From the NCBI GenBank assembly GCA_951406725.2, contig OX597818.1, positions 142,724,001-142,788,000 of the forward strand: a stretch of 64,000 nt of DNA. Reading direction: 5' to 3'. Under the pieces are notes generated by a model. It was not told where the DNA came from. It saw only the letters and a list, made by a program, of their open reading frames with translations, and searched no databases. The number at the start of each line of letters is the position of its first letter. The first letter of the stretch is position 1. The translations under genes and the position numbers were made by a program. Source of the DNA: Octopus vulgaris. Its lineage: Eukaryota. Below are positions 23,055 to 38,600 of this stretch, in pieces.

Positions 23055-26000
23055 CTGAAAATGAGAGAAACCAGAGAATGAAAATAGCGACGATCAAGGA
23101 AAATACTTCACAAATTGATCTTTAAAATCAAATATTTTTTAAGGCTTTTATCCCAACATCCCTAATGAATAGACTATTACCCATCTGTTTTCATTTTCAA
23201 TGTTAAGTTGTATTAGGTTATCTCTGTTCACTGAAAGAGTATCAAGGCAATGTGAGTTCTCCAAGCAATACCATTCTGAGCTAAATTGCATCCTTCTTGA
23301 TCAAGTCTTCCTGCACAACTCTTTGTCACGTTTCCCTACTTCAACTGTCCACTTGATGGTTGTCCTTGCTGGATTCTCCAATGGTAAGTACAGCATGTGG
23401 CCAAGCAGCTTCCATTGTTCTAGTTGTGATGCTATCCTTCAATTTAATTTGGTGAGTTCTTCTCGTGATTATACTGTTTGTGACATGGTCACAGCAGGTG
23501 ATTTTCAGGATATTTCTAAGGTTCTAATGATGGAAAACATTCACCATATTGCAAATCTTGTCTGTCTACCTCCATGTTTCATTTGCATACAATGCCGTAG
23601 GAATGACAATAGATGTGTATAGACAAAGTTTAAACCATTCATGAATGGAGGAACATGACCATATTGGTCTCGATTTTGACAAGTCTAGACTTAGCATCAA
23701 TTTTGGCTTTTCCATTTCTGCCACTGCCACTACCTAGGAATGTAAAACAACTGATAAATTCGATATTCAATATAAACATGATTTTGGAGAAGTGTAGTAA
23801 AAAAGTAGTAGTCAGCTTGAAGTCATTAGTAGAAGACATGTAGTTCTAAATATGCAAAAATTTGTTTACACCAATTTATCCAGTGTCAATAATGAAAGGC
23901 ATTACCTCTCTATTCACAATATTCTTTTAATCTCACCCTCCACCAAAAACTTGATTTTACTAACACAAGAAATCATATGTACAAGGAGTAAATGAAATAA
24001 AATGGGGTTCAAGTAGGAATCAAACCTGCATCACAGGCCAGCTTGTAGAGATCTGAAACTGAACCAATGACAGAGCCTCTATGTAGTCGTTTGACCTGCT
24101 AGAAATAGCAGTTAAATTCACAAATCAAACCTCGCCATCTTAAAAAAGGACATATTTGATAATATGATCCTGGGTTCATTGCACATAGGAAAAACAGAGA
24201 GGTGGCCATGACTGGATTACTTTTGGTCATACATCCACTCAAAGAGAGGTCAACAAGGGCTAAATAACAACAACAAGAGCGACTGTTTCCATACAAATAA
24301 TATAAGGGTCTTACCAAGTCGACGAGCCATAAGGTCCCGGCACAAATGCACATCATTGGGGCATGTAATCACAATAAATGTAGGATTTCCCTGAGGAAGA
24401 GAATTTAATAAATTATGAAAATGATAAAATTGAAAAGAGTTAAAAGAAGTAAAAGAAACCTGTGCTCAGACGAGAGAGAAACTGAGATAAGGACAATGAA
24501 ACTGAGAGAGAGAGAGAGAGGTGGATCCCAACCTACCTTGTCATCCCGCAACGATGCTATTTGCTTAGCTGAGAGGCGCCGTTTAATAACGCTACCACCA
24601 GCACTTTCAATAATAGCCTGAAGGTCTTTGGGAGAAGGCACGACACTTGGTGTAATGTAAAATATAAAACCCTGTGGAATAAAATGAATAAATAATTTGA
24701 AACGACTAGAAGAGATGAATAAGGGTTCAAGCCTACATCAAGCATCTATCTCATCGTGTTTTAGGGTGGAGTACTTCAGTCTATAAATGCCTAGAGGAAT
24801 GAGAAACCAGACCAATAATCATCATCATCGTTTAACGTCCGTTCTCCATGCTAGCATGGGTTGGACGGTATGACCGGGGATCTGGGAAGCCAGAAGGCTG
24901 CACCAGGCTCCGGTCTTATCTGGCAATGTTTCTACAGGAAGTAATTCAGCTGATGCAACCCAACAAGATTACCCTGATGGAGTCAAGCTGCTAGAAATAG
25001 CAGTTGAATCTCCCACAAATCAAACATTATTTCAAGTAACAAAAGGATACGTTAGATTATATAGTGCAAGATGCATTTAAAAACAGAGGACAGTCATTGT
25101 TAGAATGTTTGATCATGACTGACCTGGGATAAAAAGAAAATGCTGTCTTTTCATAAGTTTTCATCTCTGAAAGTCAACTTCAATATTGAAAAATTTTCAT
25201 CAAAGTGAAACAGTGTATGCAAATTTTGCAGTGCATAATTTAGGATACCATTTAAAGAACTGCTCTATGAATATCCCCAAAGTATTCATCACAACACTCT
25301 GGGAGTAAACCCATGGCTCTCTATTTTAATTCATCTGATCACTATGATCACTCTTTGGTGTCCAGAGTTGCCACTCTGACCAACCTTATGCTCTCAGAGT
25401 TGCCACACACACTATTGATCCTTACACATCAGTGCACATGAAGAGACAACTTATCCTTCTACTCAACACAATTTATGCAATGAGCTTCAATAAATGGGTT
25501 CTCTATTCTCCAACCCACTAACTTCAAACTGATGCAATCGTTTAGTCCATTTGTGTACCACTTAAATGTAAGGCGGCAAGCTGCCAGAAACATTAGCAGG
25601 CGAAATGCTTGGCGGTATTTTGCGTGTCTTTACGTTCAGAGTTCAAATTCCACTGAGGTCAACTTTGCCTTTCATCCTTACTTCTTTTAAATATGTCAGC
25701 ACAGTAAACTCCGGTGCATTTCTGTTGATAGTAAATACCAACAGAGTTCATTGTGGATAATAGTAAACTTTTCCAGCTCCCACTAACAGTTGCCTGTTGC
25801 AAACATTGAACTAGGAACCGTCAGTAATATCTTTTGCTTGTTTCACTTGCCCTGGTTTGCCTTGGAGGTTTCATGAAGAAAAATTGTCATTACTGAACAA
25901 CCTACAGAACCTACCCAACTCTCTCTTCCTAATTGTGTAACCTGAACTGGTGCACAATGTACCACATGCCTGACACAAAAGGATGCATGCTAGGGAAAGT

Positions 26001-27503
26001 ATGGATGTAAAACTGAAGTAGATTGATGCTGATCTCCCTTACTGTCTTATTTCAATATCTTTTTGTGATCTAGTTATATGTTTTTAAAAAATATATCTCA
26101 TTTATGATTTGGTTTATGTCTGTCATTGTTTAAACTGTATAATAGTGGTTTTTCTCTAATTTATATATTATATATTTATATTGTGAAATTTGATTTAATA
26201 CTAAACTGAATTTTTCCCTGTAAGTTTGGAATTATACTCCTTAATATTAGTATCATTATATATATATATATATATATGAGTGACCTGTCGGTAGTTAAGC
26301 ACATTTGGCTAATATCAGCTCCCAAACATCCAACTAACACTCCACATTTACATACCTATTCTACATTAGCAACAAATGTAAAAAATGCTGAAAGAAACCC
26401 CAAAAAACCCAAACACATAGTGAAAAGAGAAACAAAATCAAGTGGTTACCTTGAATAGAGGACGAGTCCTGGCTCTTTGCAAAGAAAATGTCAGGTCACA
26501 CTGCAAAGCTTTTTCAGCCTCTCCATCTTTCAGTACATAGAGTTCTTCATCTGAGTGCAAGAAATAACCAACAGGAATTAAAATTAAAATATGTATGTAC
26601 AAGAAATCTGCATATTGTTTATAAAATATACCCACAGTTACTTGTAAATTAATTGAAACTCAAAAAAAGTGGATTCAAATATTCTTTTCTACTCTAGGCG
26701 CAAGGCCCGAAATTTTTGGGGAGGGGTGGCCAGTCGATTAGATCAGCCCCAGTATGCAACTGGTACTTAATTTATCGACCCTCGAAAGGATGAAAGGCAA
26801 AGTCGACCTTGGCAGAATTTGAACTCAGAACGTAAAGACAGACAAAATACTGCTAAGCATTTTGCCTGTTTCTGCCAGCTCGCCACCTTACTGGACTCAG
26901 ATGTCAAAGCAACATGATGCAACCCCAGAAAGGTAAAGTGGGGTCACCAGAAGGGAGGTAATTAACAGTAAGAAAAAAAAAAAAAAAGAAAATTAAATCT
27001 GCAAGGAAAAAAAACCTTAACCTTTTCATTACTGTATTTCTGTTGAGATGCTCTCTGTTTCTTTCAATTACTTTAAATATAACAAAGAATTTAGTAAAAT
27101 AACTTAATTATCATTCAGTGAGTGTTAGGAACATAAATTGTGATTAAGGTTTGGTGAAAGATTTTAATTCAAAACTTATGAAAACAAGACATTTGTACTC
27201 AGAGCCAGAGCTGGTTTCAGCCGGGTTGGTAACAAAAGGGTTAATAAAGATGTAAAAAAAAACTATAAAAAAGACAAAGGCTAAAAGGGCATCATTTATT
27301 TATAGCCGTGGTTAACAACTCATGACACATTTGAAGAATCTGTAATCCTTGGTGAGTCCAATCTTTTTAAGAATTAACCTTAAAATTTTAAAAAAATACA
27401 ATTGGTATTTTTCTTGTGCAAATTTCCTTCAGTTTTTAACAGTAAATGTATCTAATTTCTTGTGGCTATGGTCTATTATAGGTGTAAAAATCCATGTACA
27501 ATA

Positions 27504-27537
<34 letters not shown>

Positions 27538-28619
27538 ACATACATCTCCGTTGGTAGGCCTAACTTTTATTTACCCTTTTTGTCACCACATTTCTGTTGA
27601 AATACATTGCATTATTTCAATTAATTTTGAAAAAAATGAAGAATTTAATAAATAATTTTGCTAATGTTCAGAATTTGAATTTATATATTTTAATTCAGAT
27701 CATCTTAAAACAGGAAGCTTGAACCACAGAACCAGCAGTGGTCTCAGGTGAGTTGGTATTAAAAGAATTAAAAGCCCTCTAAGACCATAAACATGCAGTG
27801 TTGTACATCTGCTACAAGAGTAGATAAGTTGCTGTAATCCAATACATTAACTTTTGAATATTTCATTTTACATTTCATTATCTGACACAAGATCACCTCC
27901 ACCAATGTCCCCTCCCCTTTCAAAAGATCTTTGTCTTGTAAATTATTTGGTGACCCGGCCAGTGCTAGTGCCATGTAAAAAGCATTCGGTCCATACTGTA
28001 GAGTAGTTGGTGTTTGGAAGGGCATCTAACTGTAAAAACCATGCCAAACCTGACCTCGCCTGTGCTTGTGCCACGTAAAAAGCACTCAGTCCTCTCTGTG
28101 GGGTGGTTGGTGTTAGGAAGGGCATCCAGCTGTAAAAACCATGCAAAAACAGACACAGAAGTCTGGTGCAGTCTTCTACTTGGCCAGCTCCTGTCAAACC
28201 ATCCAGCCCATGCCAGCATGAAAGGCAGATGTTAAATGATGATGATAACCCAACAAATTACTTTTTAATATTTCATTTTACATTATGGTGGTGTGCTGAT
28301 AGAATTGTTAGCACACTGAACAAAATGCTTAGTGGTATTTCGTCTGTCATTATGTTCTGAGTTCAAATACCACTGAGGTTGACTATGCCTGTCATCCTTT
28401 AGGGGGTCGATAAAACAAGAACCATTGATAGCTGGGATCAATGTAATCAACTTCCACATTTCCCCAAAACTTCTGGCCTTGTGCCAAAATTTGAAACCAA
28501 TATTTTATTTTACATAAAATTTACTGAAATATGATGAGAAAAATAATAAATAATAAAATTACTGTTTTTCTAAATAAAAGTAGGTAGAGAAAGTATGTAC
28601 ATGTTACAAATACAAATAT

Positions 28620-28655
<36 letters not shown>

Positions 28656-29633
28656 GCATGTTATGTTGACAAGCATATGAACTGATTTAGGAGCCTCTGT
28701 GTGGTCACTTGATCTGCAAAGAATAGAACCCAAATCTCCCTCATATCACATCCTATGTCTTTAAAAAGGATACACTGAACAATTTACTCTCTGATATATC
28801 AAAAGCTGAGACAATCACAGCTGGAATGTCTTTGATTGTAGGTATTCACAATCAGGGCTGATCTGAGGCAAAAGAACAACTTTATACACGAACACATGCA
28901 TGGAAAAGCACATGTTTGGATACACACACATGACTGGTGCAACCATCTGGTTCTCCAGCCCTCAGTGAAAATCGTCCAACCCATGCTAGCATGGAAAGCG
29001 GACGTTAAACGATGATGATGATGATGATGATGATGACAGACATGCCTATATATAAACATGCTTGCAGGTGCACATATCCATATATATATACAAACATGTA
29101 TGCACACATGTACACACACACACACACACACACACATGATGAAAGACGATTTCAGAAAGTTGTGAAACATCCATAAACAAGGAGTTACAAAAGTTGGAAC
29201 TCACCAAGGAATTTATCTTTGGTAATGCTGTCTTCAAGCCAGTCTTTGTTCACAATATATTTACATACATTAATTGCTATAAAGAATTTCACAGTTCTAC
29301 AGAGGGACTTGGCTACCAGGTGAGTACATTGGCGTGGATTATCAGTAACACAGCCACCTAACTTCTCCACCATCTGCAAAAAAAAAGGAATGTTTTGGTT
29401 TAATTACTCTTTTACTTGTTTCAGTCATTTTTGACTGCGGCCATGCTGGAGCACCGCCTTTTAGTCGAGCAAATCGACCCCGGGACTTATTCTTTTTTGT
29501 AAGCCCAGTACTTATTCTATCGGTCTCTTTTGCCGAACCGCTAAGTGACGGGGACGTAAACACACCAGCATCGGTTGTCAAGCAATGCTAGGGGGACAAA
29601 CACAGACACACAAACACACACACACACACACAC

Positions 29634-29668
<35 letters not shown>

Positions 29669-32600
29669 TATATACGACAGGCTTCTTTCAGTTTCCGTCT
29701 ACCAAATCCATTCACAAGGCATTGGTCAGCCCAGGGCTATAGCAGAAGACACTTGACCAAGATGCCACGCAGTGGGACTGAACCCGGAACCATGTGGTTG
29801 GTTAGCAAGCTACTTACCACACAGCCACTCCTGTGCCTATGTTCATAACTTTTTCTTCTTTGTTTTTCAAAACAGGTAAATTGGTTTCACAGGTGGTTGA
29901 ATGTAGCTTTCTATTGCTAACAATTAAGTATGAAGTAGGAGTAATAAAGGCCCCAACCCAGTTTTTTAACCAGTCAGGTGAAGGAGAAAAAGCAGAGTTA
30001 TTGTGTAGAGAAGTTTCTAAATTTCAATAAGATTATATGCAGTGAGGGAAAAGAGAATCCAGACGTTTATATTTGAGAATTATCATGTAGCCCCACATGG
30101 GGTTCCTCTGAAAGATTTCTAGAGTAATGGTAATGTTGCTTGACAGGATGGACAGCTCAAAGGTCAGAGAGTATCTCCAGGTCAAAGCTGCTTCTTCTCC
30201 ATATTTAGAAGTCGAAGCTCCGGTGCTATGAATTGTTAGAATGTTGCAAGAAAAGATTGCAAGACATATTCTACAAGCCAAACGAACAAGCAAGACACCA
30301 ACAGGTAGACCACAGGTGAAATGACTCAATATCTATAGTCTCGCTTGGTTATGCTTGGGAATCCAGCAGGAAAGTCTAATAATGGTTGCATCTAATATAG
30401 AGGAGATGTCTGAGGATCCATTCATCCATGGGTGCATCTGCAAACTTCTTATCTACCTACTTATATGTACATATAAACATATATACATTAAGGCGGCGAG
30501 CTGGTAGAATCGTTAGCACGCCGGGCGAAGTGCGTAGCCGTATTTCGTCTGCCACTACATCCTGGGTTCAAATTCCACCGAGGTCGACTTAGCCTTTCAT
30601 CCTCTCGGGGTCAATAAATTAAGTACCAGTTGCGCATTGGGGTCGATATAATCGACTTAATCCGTTTGTCTGTCCTTGTTTGTCCCCTCTGTGTTTAGCC
30701 CCTTGTGGGTAGTAAAGAAATATATATACATTATGGGCTCCAGCACAGTTTCCTTGTGCCAAATTCTACAATTGAGTGCAAGTCACTTACTTGCCCAAGC
30801 TTCTACAACACTGTGCGACCAAATCAAAAATCACATAGTTGCAAAGCAAGCATCTTAACTATACACACATTTCTGCTGGTAGACCACATCAGGCATTGTA
30901 AATGATTGATGCTACTAAACCTATCTATATCCACAAGAAGCTGAAATCCTATGGAGTCCAAACATTATAGACCAGTATTTTTTTAAATTGCAAAAATATA
31001 TTATATACTGGTTTCAGTTACTGGATATCATCAATGAAATGCCATCAACTTCAATGTTTTTAGTTGATAATATTGCTCCCAGTTTTTTTTGTCAGGTATG
31101 AGACTCTATCATATTTCATTAAAAATGAATGGTGAACAAAGAGAAAACTCACTGACCTAAACACTAAAAGGTATTTTTGTCACATGTATTAGTTCTGTTC
31201 GCTCCACATGTAATATAAACGTGTGTATGTGTACACATATGTATACCACAATCATTTTAATGTCCACCGTTCCATGTCTGTATGGATCAGATGGAATTCA
31301 ATGAGGCAGATTTTCTGAAGCTGGATGCCCTTCCTGTTGCCCATCTCCATCCCCATATATATATGTTTGTTATGTACAACAGAAGCATTATAAGTTTAAA
31401 ATAGCAATCTGTGTATCATACATAAAGCAGATATATCATAATTAACTACTATAGTCATTTCTTCTGGAGAAATATATCAATAGCAGATAAAAATTGTCCA
31501 GCAATGGTGGTGGCATTGCTAAATGCACCCAAATAAGGTACCAGTCCAGAGCTGTGGATTGGTAGAGATTTAGAGTGTCAGATGAGATACCTTGCAGTAT
31601 CTGTTCTGACTATGAGCAATCTGAGTTCAAATACCCTGTAACACTTCTGGCAGGAATTGTGACAACGGACAAATAGCCGCAGCAACAACAGAAAAACCAA
31701 TGGAAACATTGCTTCCTTGGTTAGATTGGGAGATCAGTGGTAATATGAAACAATACAATACACTGAAAAGTGAACATCAATATTGAAATGTGTTCTGAGT
31801 TCAAATTCCGCCTAGGTCGACTTTACCTTTCATCCTTTTGGGGTCGATAAATTAAGTATTAGTGACGCACTGGGGTCGATGTAATCGACTTAATCCGTTT
31901 GTCTGTACTTGTTTGTCCTCTCTATGTTTAGCCCCTTGTGGGCAATAAAGAAATAAAATATTGAAGGCGACAAGCTGGCAGAATCATTAGCATACTGGGA
32001 AAAAATGCTTAGCAGCATTTCATCCGTTTTTATGTTTTGAATTCAAATTCCAAGGTCAACATTGGTTTTCATCCTTTTGGGGCTGATAAAGTAAATGCAA
32101 GTTGAACACCGGGATCGATGTAATCAACTATCCCACTCTCCCAAAATCACTGGCCTTGTGCTAAAATACCAATATTTAGCCTTACAATAATCAACCTGCT
32201 AAATATAGCAGCCAAAATTCCATTAAACCACACACAACATTCTTAAAAAAGGAAGGACATAGATAATGTATCTTAGTATACATTATGTGGAGGCACAATG
32301 GCCCAGTGGTTAGGGCAGCTGACTCGCAGTCGTAGGATCGCGGTTTCAATTCCCAGACCGGGCGTTGTGAGTGTTTATTGAGCTAAAACACCAAAATCTT
32401 CACGAGGCTCTGGTAGGAGGTGGTGGTGATCCCTGCTGTACTCTTTCACCACAACTTACTCTCACTCTTTCTTCTGTTGGCCTGCTCGCTTAGCCAGCGG
32501 GGTGGCATCACTTGAAGGCTAAAACAAAGCGAAGCGCATTGTGACCAGCGATGTGTAGCAACATCTGATGGCCTGGTCTTGAGAAAAAAATTTTAAAAAG

Positions 32601-35600
32601 TATACATTATACCTGAAAAAAAGACAAGATAGGCACAACTAGAACAGCTTACATCAAAGGGGTCTGATAATTCAGGTGTGACCTGAGGTTAAACAACATA
32701 ATATAAGGTGTGTCAAAAGTAATACTCACCCCACGGAACCTTCTCACAGTATTATTCCCAAAACCAGTAAACAATATTTTGGGGTTTGTAGTCACAGATA
32801 CAGCTTCATTCATTAACCTAAAGGAATACAAATTATATTGTACATATATTGGACAGGTCAGATACTAAAGAAAATCAATATTAAGAACCAATTTAGGGCA
32901 GGGAGATGGCAGAATCATTAATGTGCCAGGAAAAATATTTAGCAGCATTTCTTCAGACTTTACATTCTGAGTTCAAATGTTGCCAGAGTTGACTTTAGGG
33001 GGTCAATGAAATAAGTACCAAAGAACATTGGGGTTGACATAATCAACATATCCGCTCCCCCAAAATTGCTGGCCATGTGCCAAAATTTGAAATCAATATT
33101 AAGAAAACAATTAGGTTTAAAATAGCAAATAACATATCATGTCCAATACTATTTTCAAATTGTTACTGTTTTAACTAATTTTAATTTACATTCAGAACCC
33201 AACTGGGTTGTTCCATATCCTACTGGGATCAGAGAGGACAGTGTAAAAGGAGGCAGCATGTGATTTGTGGGGATGTCTAACATGCTCAACTAGGAATAGC
33301 AGTCTAATTTCCTCAAATCACACTCAACATTGAATAATGTTGTATGAGATACAAGGGCTGGATGGTTTGACTGAGGTCTGGAGAGCCAGCGGCTGTACCA
33401 GGCTCCAATCTGATCTGGCAATGTTTCTACAGCTGGATGCCCTTCCTAACGCAAACCACTCTGAGAGTGTAGTGGGTGCTTTTATGCGCCACCAGCACGA
33501 GGGTCAGTCAGGTGGTTCTGGCAACGACCACGCTCAAAAGGTGTTTTTACGTGCTACCTGCACAGGAGCCAGTCAGGGGGCACTAGCAATGACTAGGCTC
33601 GAATGTTGGCAATTTTTTAATTTTTTTCATCTGCTTCCCCTTAGGATAAATAAACCTAACAAAAACAACTGAAAGCAAAATTTTAGTCTGTTGTATGGAA
33701 TATTTCATACAACAAATGTTTGATAGTATCTGAGCATATTTGTTCCTGCTACTTATATACATCAAAAAATTTTGGTCCTGAGAATGGTGGACACATGACA
33801 CAACTACAAAGAACAAAGCTCAAAGCATGATATAATTCTGAAGTGGTTGCAAAGACAAAAATGCTTGGTAAATTGTAAAATGTCTATGAATATGTCAAAC
33901 AATAAGCCATAGAAGAGCTACAACATAACATTTTTTTATTGGTTTAGTCTAAAAACCCCTGGAGACTGCCAAGACTGATGTCCTTAATGTTCAGCTTGAA
34001 CTGTTGCAAGCTGATGGCAACTGCAGAAAAAATATGAGCAAAGAAAGAATCCAAGAGGGATGATGTTCTGAAACTGTTATGATGTTTTAATGTAGTTGTG
34101 GACTTATTGTATATTCATTTACCAACTGTTCAAATCACCAACACATAATCCAATGAAGTCTCTTCTTAAATAGCTTCTACGACTCTCTGTATAATATATG
34201 GCTATGCATACGACACTCTTCGTCTATCTCCAGCATGCATGCGTATTTATACATTTCAGAACCGTTTTTTCACGGGGGGTATTCAGATTCCACCACATCT
34301 CCCCCTTTTTAAGCTTGACTTTCCCTGAGAGTCAACACTTTTATTTATCATCATCTTTCTCCCACCACCTTTTGTTTTCCTTTTTACTTCCTCACGGAGA
34401 AATTGGAACATTTTTTTCCCTTTTGATTCAATTTTCAACATTTCCGTCGGTTTTCTTTTTCTAGTTCATGTACATGCTGGTTTAACCATTTCTTGCAGTA
34501 CCAGAACATCAAGCACGTCATATAGAATTTCCATCAGTTCTCTCTGCCTTATTTTTTCTTCTGTAAATCTCTTTTTCATTTGGTTCAGATGTCACTTATG
34601 TTCCCACGTATGCCCTTTTACCATATATGTTACTCTCTTAAACATTTAGCTATTTTTCCTACTTCCCAACTTTGTTTGCCATTTTTATATTTTTTAAAAA
34701 TCACTTTGTCACCTATATTGAAATACTTCATTTTATTTTCAGTGCTTCTCTGTAGTTTTTGTTTTTTGTTTTCTTCCCGTTAGTAGTTTATCAAATACTG
34801 ATTGGACTTTCCTGGCAAACATTAGTTCAGCTGGTGACATACCCAACTCTGTGTTGGGGTTAGGTGTTATTCTGTAGACATGCAAGAATTGTGTCACTGT
34901 AGTATCCAGTAATAATTCATTTCTGGTTTTCCTCATAGCTCTCTCCAATGTGTCTACGAAATGTTCCACTAATCCGTTAGATCTTGGATGGTATAGCAGG
35001 GTGGTAACATGCTCTATTGAATGCATTTTACCAAAGTTTTTAAACTCCTTTGCCATGAACTGCATTCCATTATCAGACACTACAGTGCCCGGGACACCAA
35101 ATCATGCAAAAAGCTCATCCAAAAATTCTATTGTTACTTTAGAGGTTGGCTTTCTGCATTTACATATTTCCAGTCATTTCATGTAACTATATAAAACTAC
35201 TAGATAATACACACCATTTAATGGCCCTGCAAAGTTTATATGCAATCTAGACCAAGGTATGTCCGTCTTTGGCCACGACTGAATTTCCTCAATTGAATTA
35301 GCTACTCCATCCGCAGAAAACGAACCTGACATGTTCTTTGGCTGCAGCAATAATTCTAACAACAACTGCTGAGTTTACTGTTGTTGTTGTTTCCATTGTT
35401 CTTGTTGCAGCTGTAAAAGTTGCTGTTGCAACTGTTGTTGTTACTGTACCAAAGAGGCTAACAGTTCTTCCATGCTAAGAACTCTGAATGTCTCACTATT
35501 ATGAAGCAGGTGGTTTTACATTATTTTTCGTTGTGTGAAATTCGAAGCCAAACCTCCACTTCTGTGAAGTGCATGGAATTAGAATCTTTATCACCACTTT

Positions 35601-38600
35601 TGCATGTAGTTTGAATCCTTGTCACCACTGTTATGATGTATTAATGTAGTTGCAGACTTATAGAATATTCATTTATCAACTGTTCAAATCACCAACGCGT
35701 AATCCAACAATATCTCTTCTTAATGGCTTCTACGATTCTGTATAATATATATTTCTTTACTACCCACAAGGGGCTAAACACAGAGGGGACAAACAAGGAC
35801 AAAGGGATTCAGTCGATTACATCTACCCCAGTGCGTAACTGGTACTTATTTAATCGGCCCTGAAAGGATGAAAGGCAAAGTCGACCTTGGCAGAATTTGA
35901 ACTCAGAACGTAACGGGAGACGAAATACGGCTACGCATTTCGCCCAGCGTGCTAATGGTTCTGCCAGCTCGCCGCCTTAATATATGCTCTGTATAATATA
36001 TGGCTATGCATACAACACTTTTCTTCTATCTCCAGCATGCATGGATATCTATACATTTCAGAACCATTCATTTATCCTTTCACGGAGGTGTCTGGACTCC
36101 ACCACAACAGAAACAGGCTCCACGTAGTGGTTAGTGCAAGGCCTAGAAGTGGGGAAGGGGCACACAATGATAGGAGAGATAGGTAATGAAAGAAGAGATG
36201 TGGGAGTCGTGAGTAGTCTGAATGGAGGCAACACAAGACCAGTCAGCCAGCAGTTGGCAGAGAGGCCATTCTAATAGCAGGAGAAAGATGGAGAGAGAGA
36301 AAGGGAAAGAGAGAGAGGCTATCCATCTGTGGACTAGAGACTGAAGTGCAAAACAATTTCATGTCATTCAGTCAAATGGGTTATCTTGAGATACAGTCAA
36401 GAACGTGTGTATGTGTAGCAGCAACACTGTGCCGGATGTGTGAACAGTGTTCCATTGTAGGCTTTACATGAGCTTTGTAGAGAAGAAGTAATTATCAGCA
36501 GCTGAATTTATTTTCTGGCTCTCAAGAGGAAAGCCAGTTTTTGACTTGCAGACTTTGCTATGTTGAATACACACATTTTCTAGAAGAGATCTTCAGGGAT
36601 AGTGGGGCCTTACATCTGAAGTACTGCATGATAGAACTGAACCCATGTCATATGGCTACATGTGTGTGAAGCAAACTCTTAACCACAAAGCTACAAATCA
36701 ATCAAATTACTTAACACTTTATCATTTAAACTGGCTATATCAGGTTCAAAAATTCCACCTATTTGGTGTTCAAACTGGCCAGATCTGGCATCTCACACCA
36801 AGCCTACAATGCCATTCTGAAAATAAACAATCAATCATAAAAATCTTGATGCTATAAAAATAATGTATGATTAATTCAAAACAATATAAATAAATAACAA
36901 TTACATTTGACAAAATAATCTGAATGCTAAAGGGTTAAATCATTTCACAAACCTTGCTTTCTTTTTGGCAGGTGCATCAATATCGGATGAAAGAGAATTA
37001 GATAATTCATCTTCAATAGTGTTCTCGTGAGAAATCACGTTTCTTTTGGGGACAGAAGTAAATTTCTGTGAAAGAAAAAAGTTAAAAACATGAATTAAAA
37101 AAACCAAAAACCTCATTTTTATAAGTAATAATTATTTCTTTTTATTAGACAAAGAAATCAATCATCATCATCGTGACATCCATTTTCCATGCTGGCATGG
37201 GCTGGATGGTATGACTGAGGTCTGGAGAGCCAGCGGCTGTACCAGGCTCCAATCTGATCTAGCAAAGTTTCTACAGCTGGATGCTCTTCCTAATACCAAC
37301 AACTCTGAGATTGTAGTGGGTGCCTCTTATGTGCCACCGGCATGGGGGCCAGTCAAGTGGCACTGGCATTGACCATGCTTGAATGGTGCTTTTTATGTGC
37401 CACGGTACAGGAGCCAGTCAGGGGGTTCTGGCATCGGCCATGTTCAGAGGGTGCTTTTTACGTGCCACCAGCAGGGGGGAGGGAGGAAATTAGGCGGTCC
37501 TGGCATCAATCACGTTTGGATAGTGCTTTTTACATGCCACCGGCATTGGAGCCAGTCAGGGGGCACTGGCATCAGCTATGTTCGGATGGTGCATTTTATG
37601 TGCCACCAGCACAGGGGCCAGTCAGGTGGTCCTGGCATCAATCACATTTGGGTAGTGCTTTTTATGTGCCATCAGCACAGGAGCCAATCAGAGCCAGACA
37701 AAGAAATCACAATTTAATCTTAATAGAGATGTAGGGTTGGCTTATAGAATCAACTTAAGTATTGATGAAACATAGACAAATGAAATTGGTCCTGATAAAA
37801 TAGCTGGCAATGGAGTCAATGAGTGCCAAGTCTAAGAAGCAGATCTCTCCAGCAAAGCAAGTTATCGTAAGTTAAGTATAGAGATTTGCCTAATAAGTTA
37901 ACCCTACAGCCAGAGATCAGATTCACTTCCCATCACATTCTAATTTTAAACAATGTAAATTCAGGCGCTTGCCTCCCTTACTATATTTTCTTATGAAATT
38001 AAAAATAAAACAAACTATTTCTTCAATGAATTTCAAACATTAGGTTAGGCTTATATATTAGACTTATTTCCAGTTTCCATAGTGTTAAACAAATAAACAG
38101 CTGCTGTCCCTTTGCTGGAATTAATGTAAATTTTTTTTTTTTTTTAAGGTTGTTTTAAAAATAAAATAATCCTCTGAATGCATAGAGCTTTTGTAAACTA
38201 ATGCTACATACTTTAGCTTTGTGAGTTCATTACAGTTTGATAAGCAGTCTCTTTCTTACATTAAACTTCATGTCAGCAGTTTGCAATAACCTTCCTATTT
38301 ATGAGACTCCAGTAAGGTGGAATTCTTTAAGGAGGTATCTGAACTCAAAATGCAAAAGAACCTGAAAAGATAACACAGGACGCTCTGTTCAACACACTAA
38401 CAATTCTGCAATTCCATTGACCCAGACTGTATTTTCAAAATTGAAATCAATCAACATCAATGGAAATTGCAGCTGTGATACTAGTGCCGGTGGTACGTAA
38501 GAGAACCACCTGAACGTGGCCATTGCCAGCGCCACCCCGACTGGCCTCGTGCTGGTGGCACGTAAAAAGCACCATCCGATCGTGGCCGTTTGCCAGCCTC

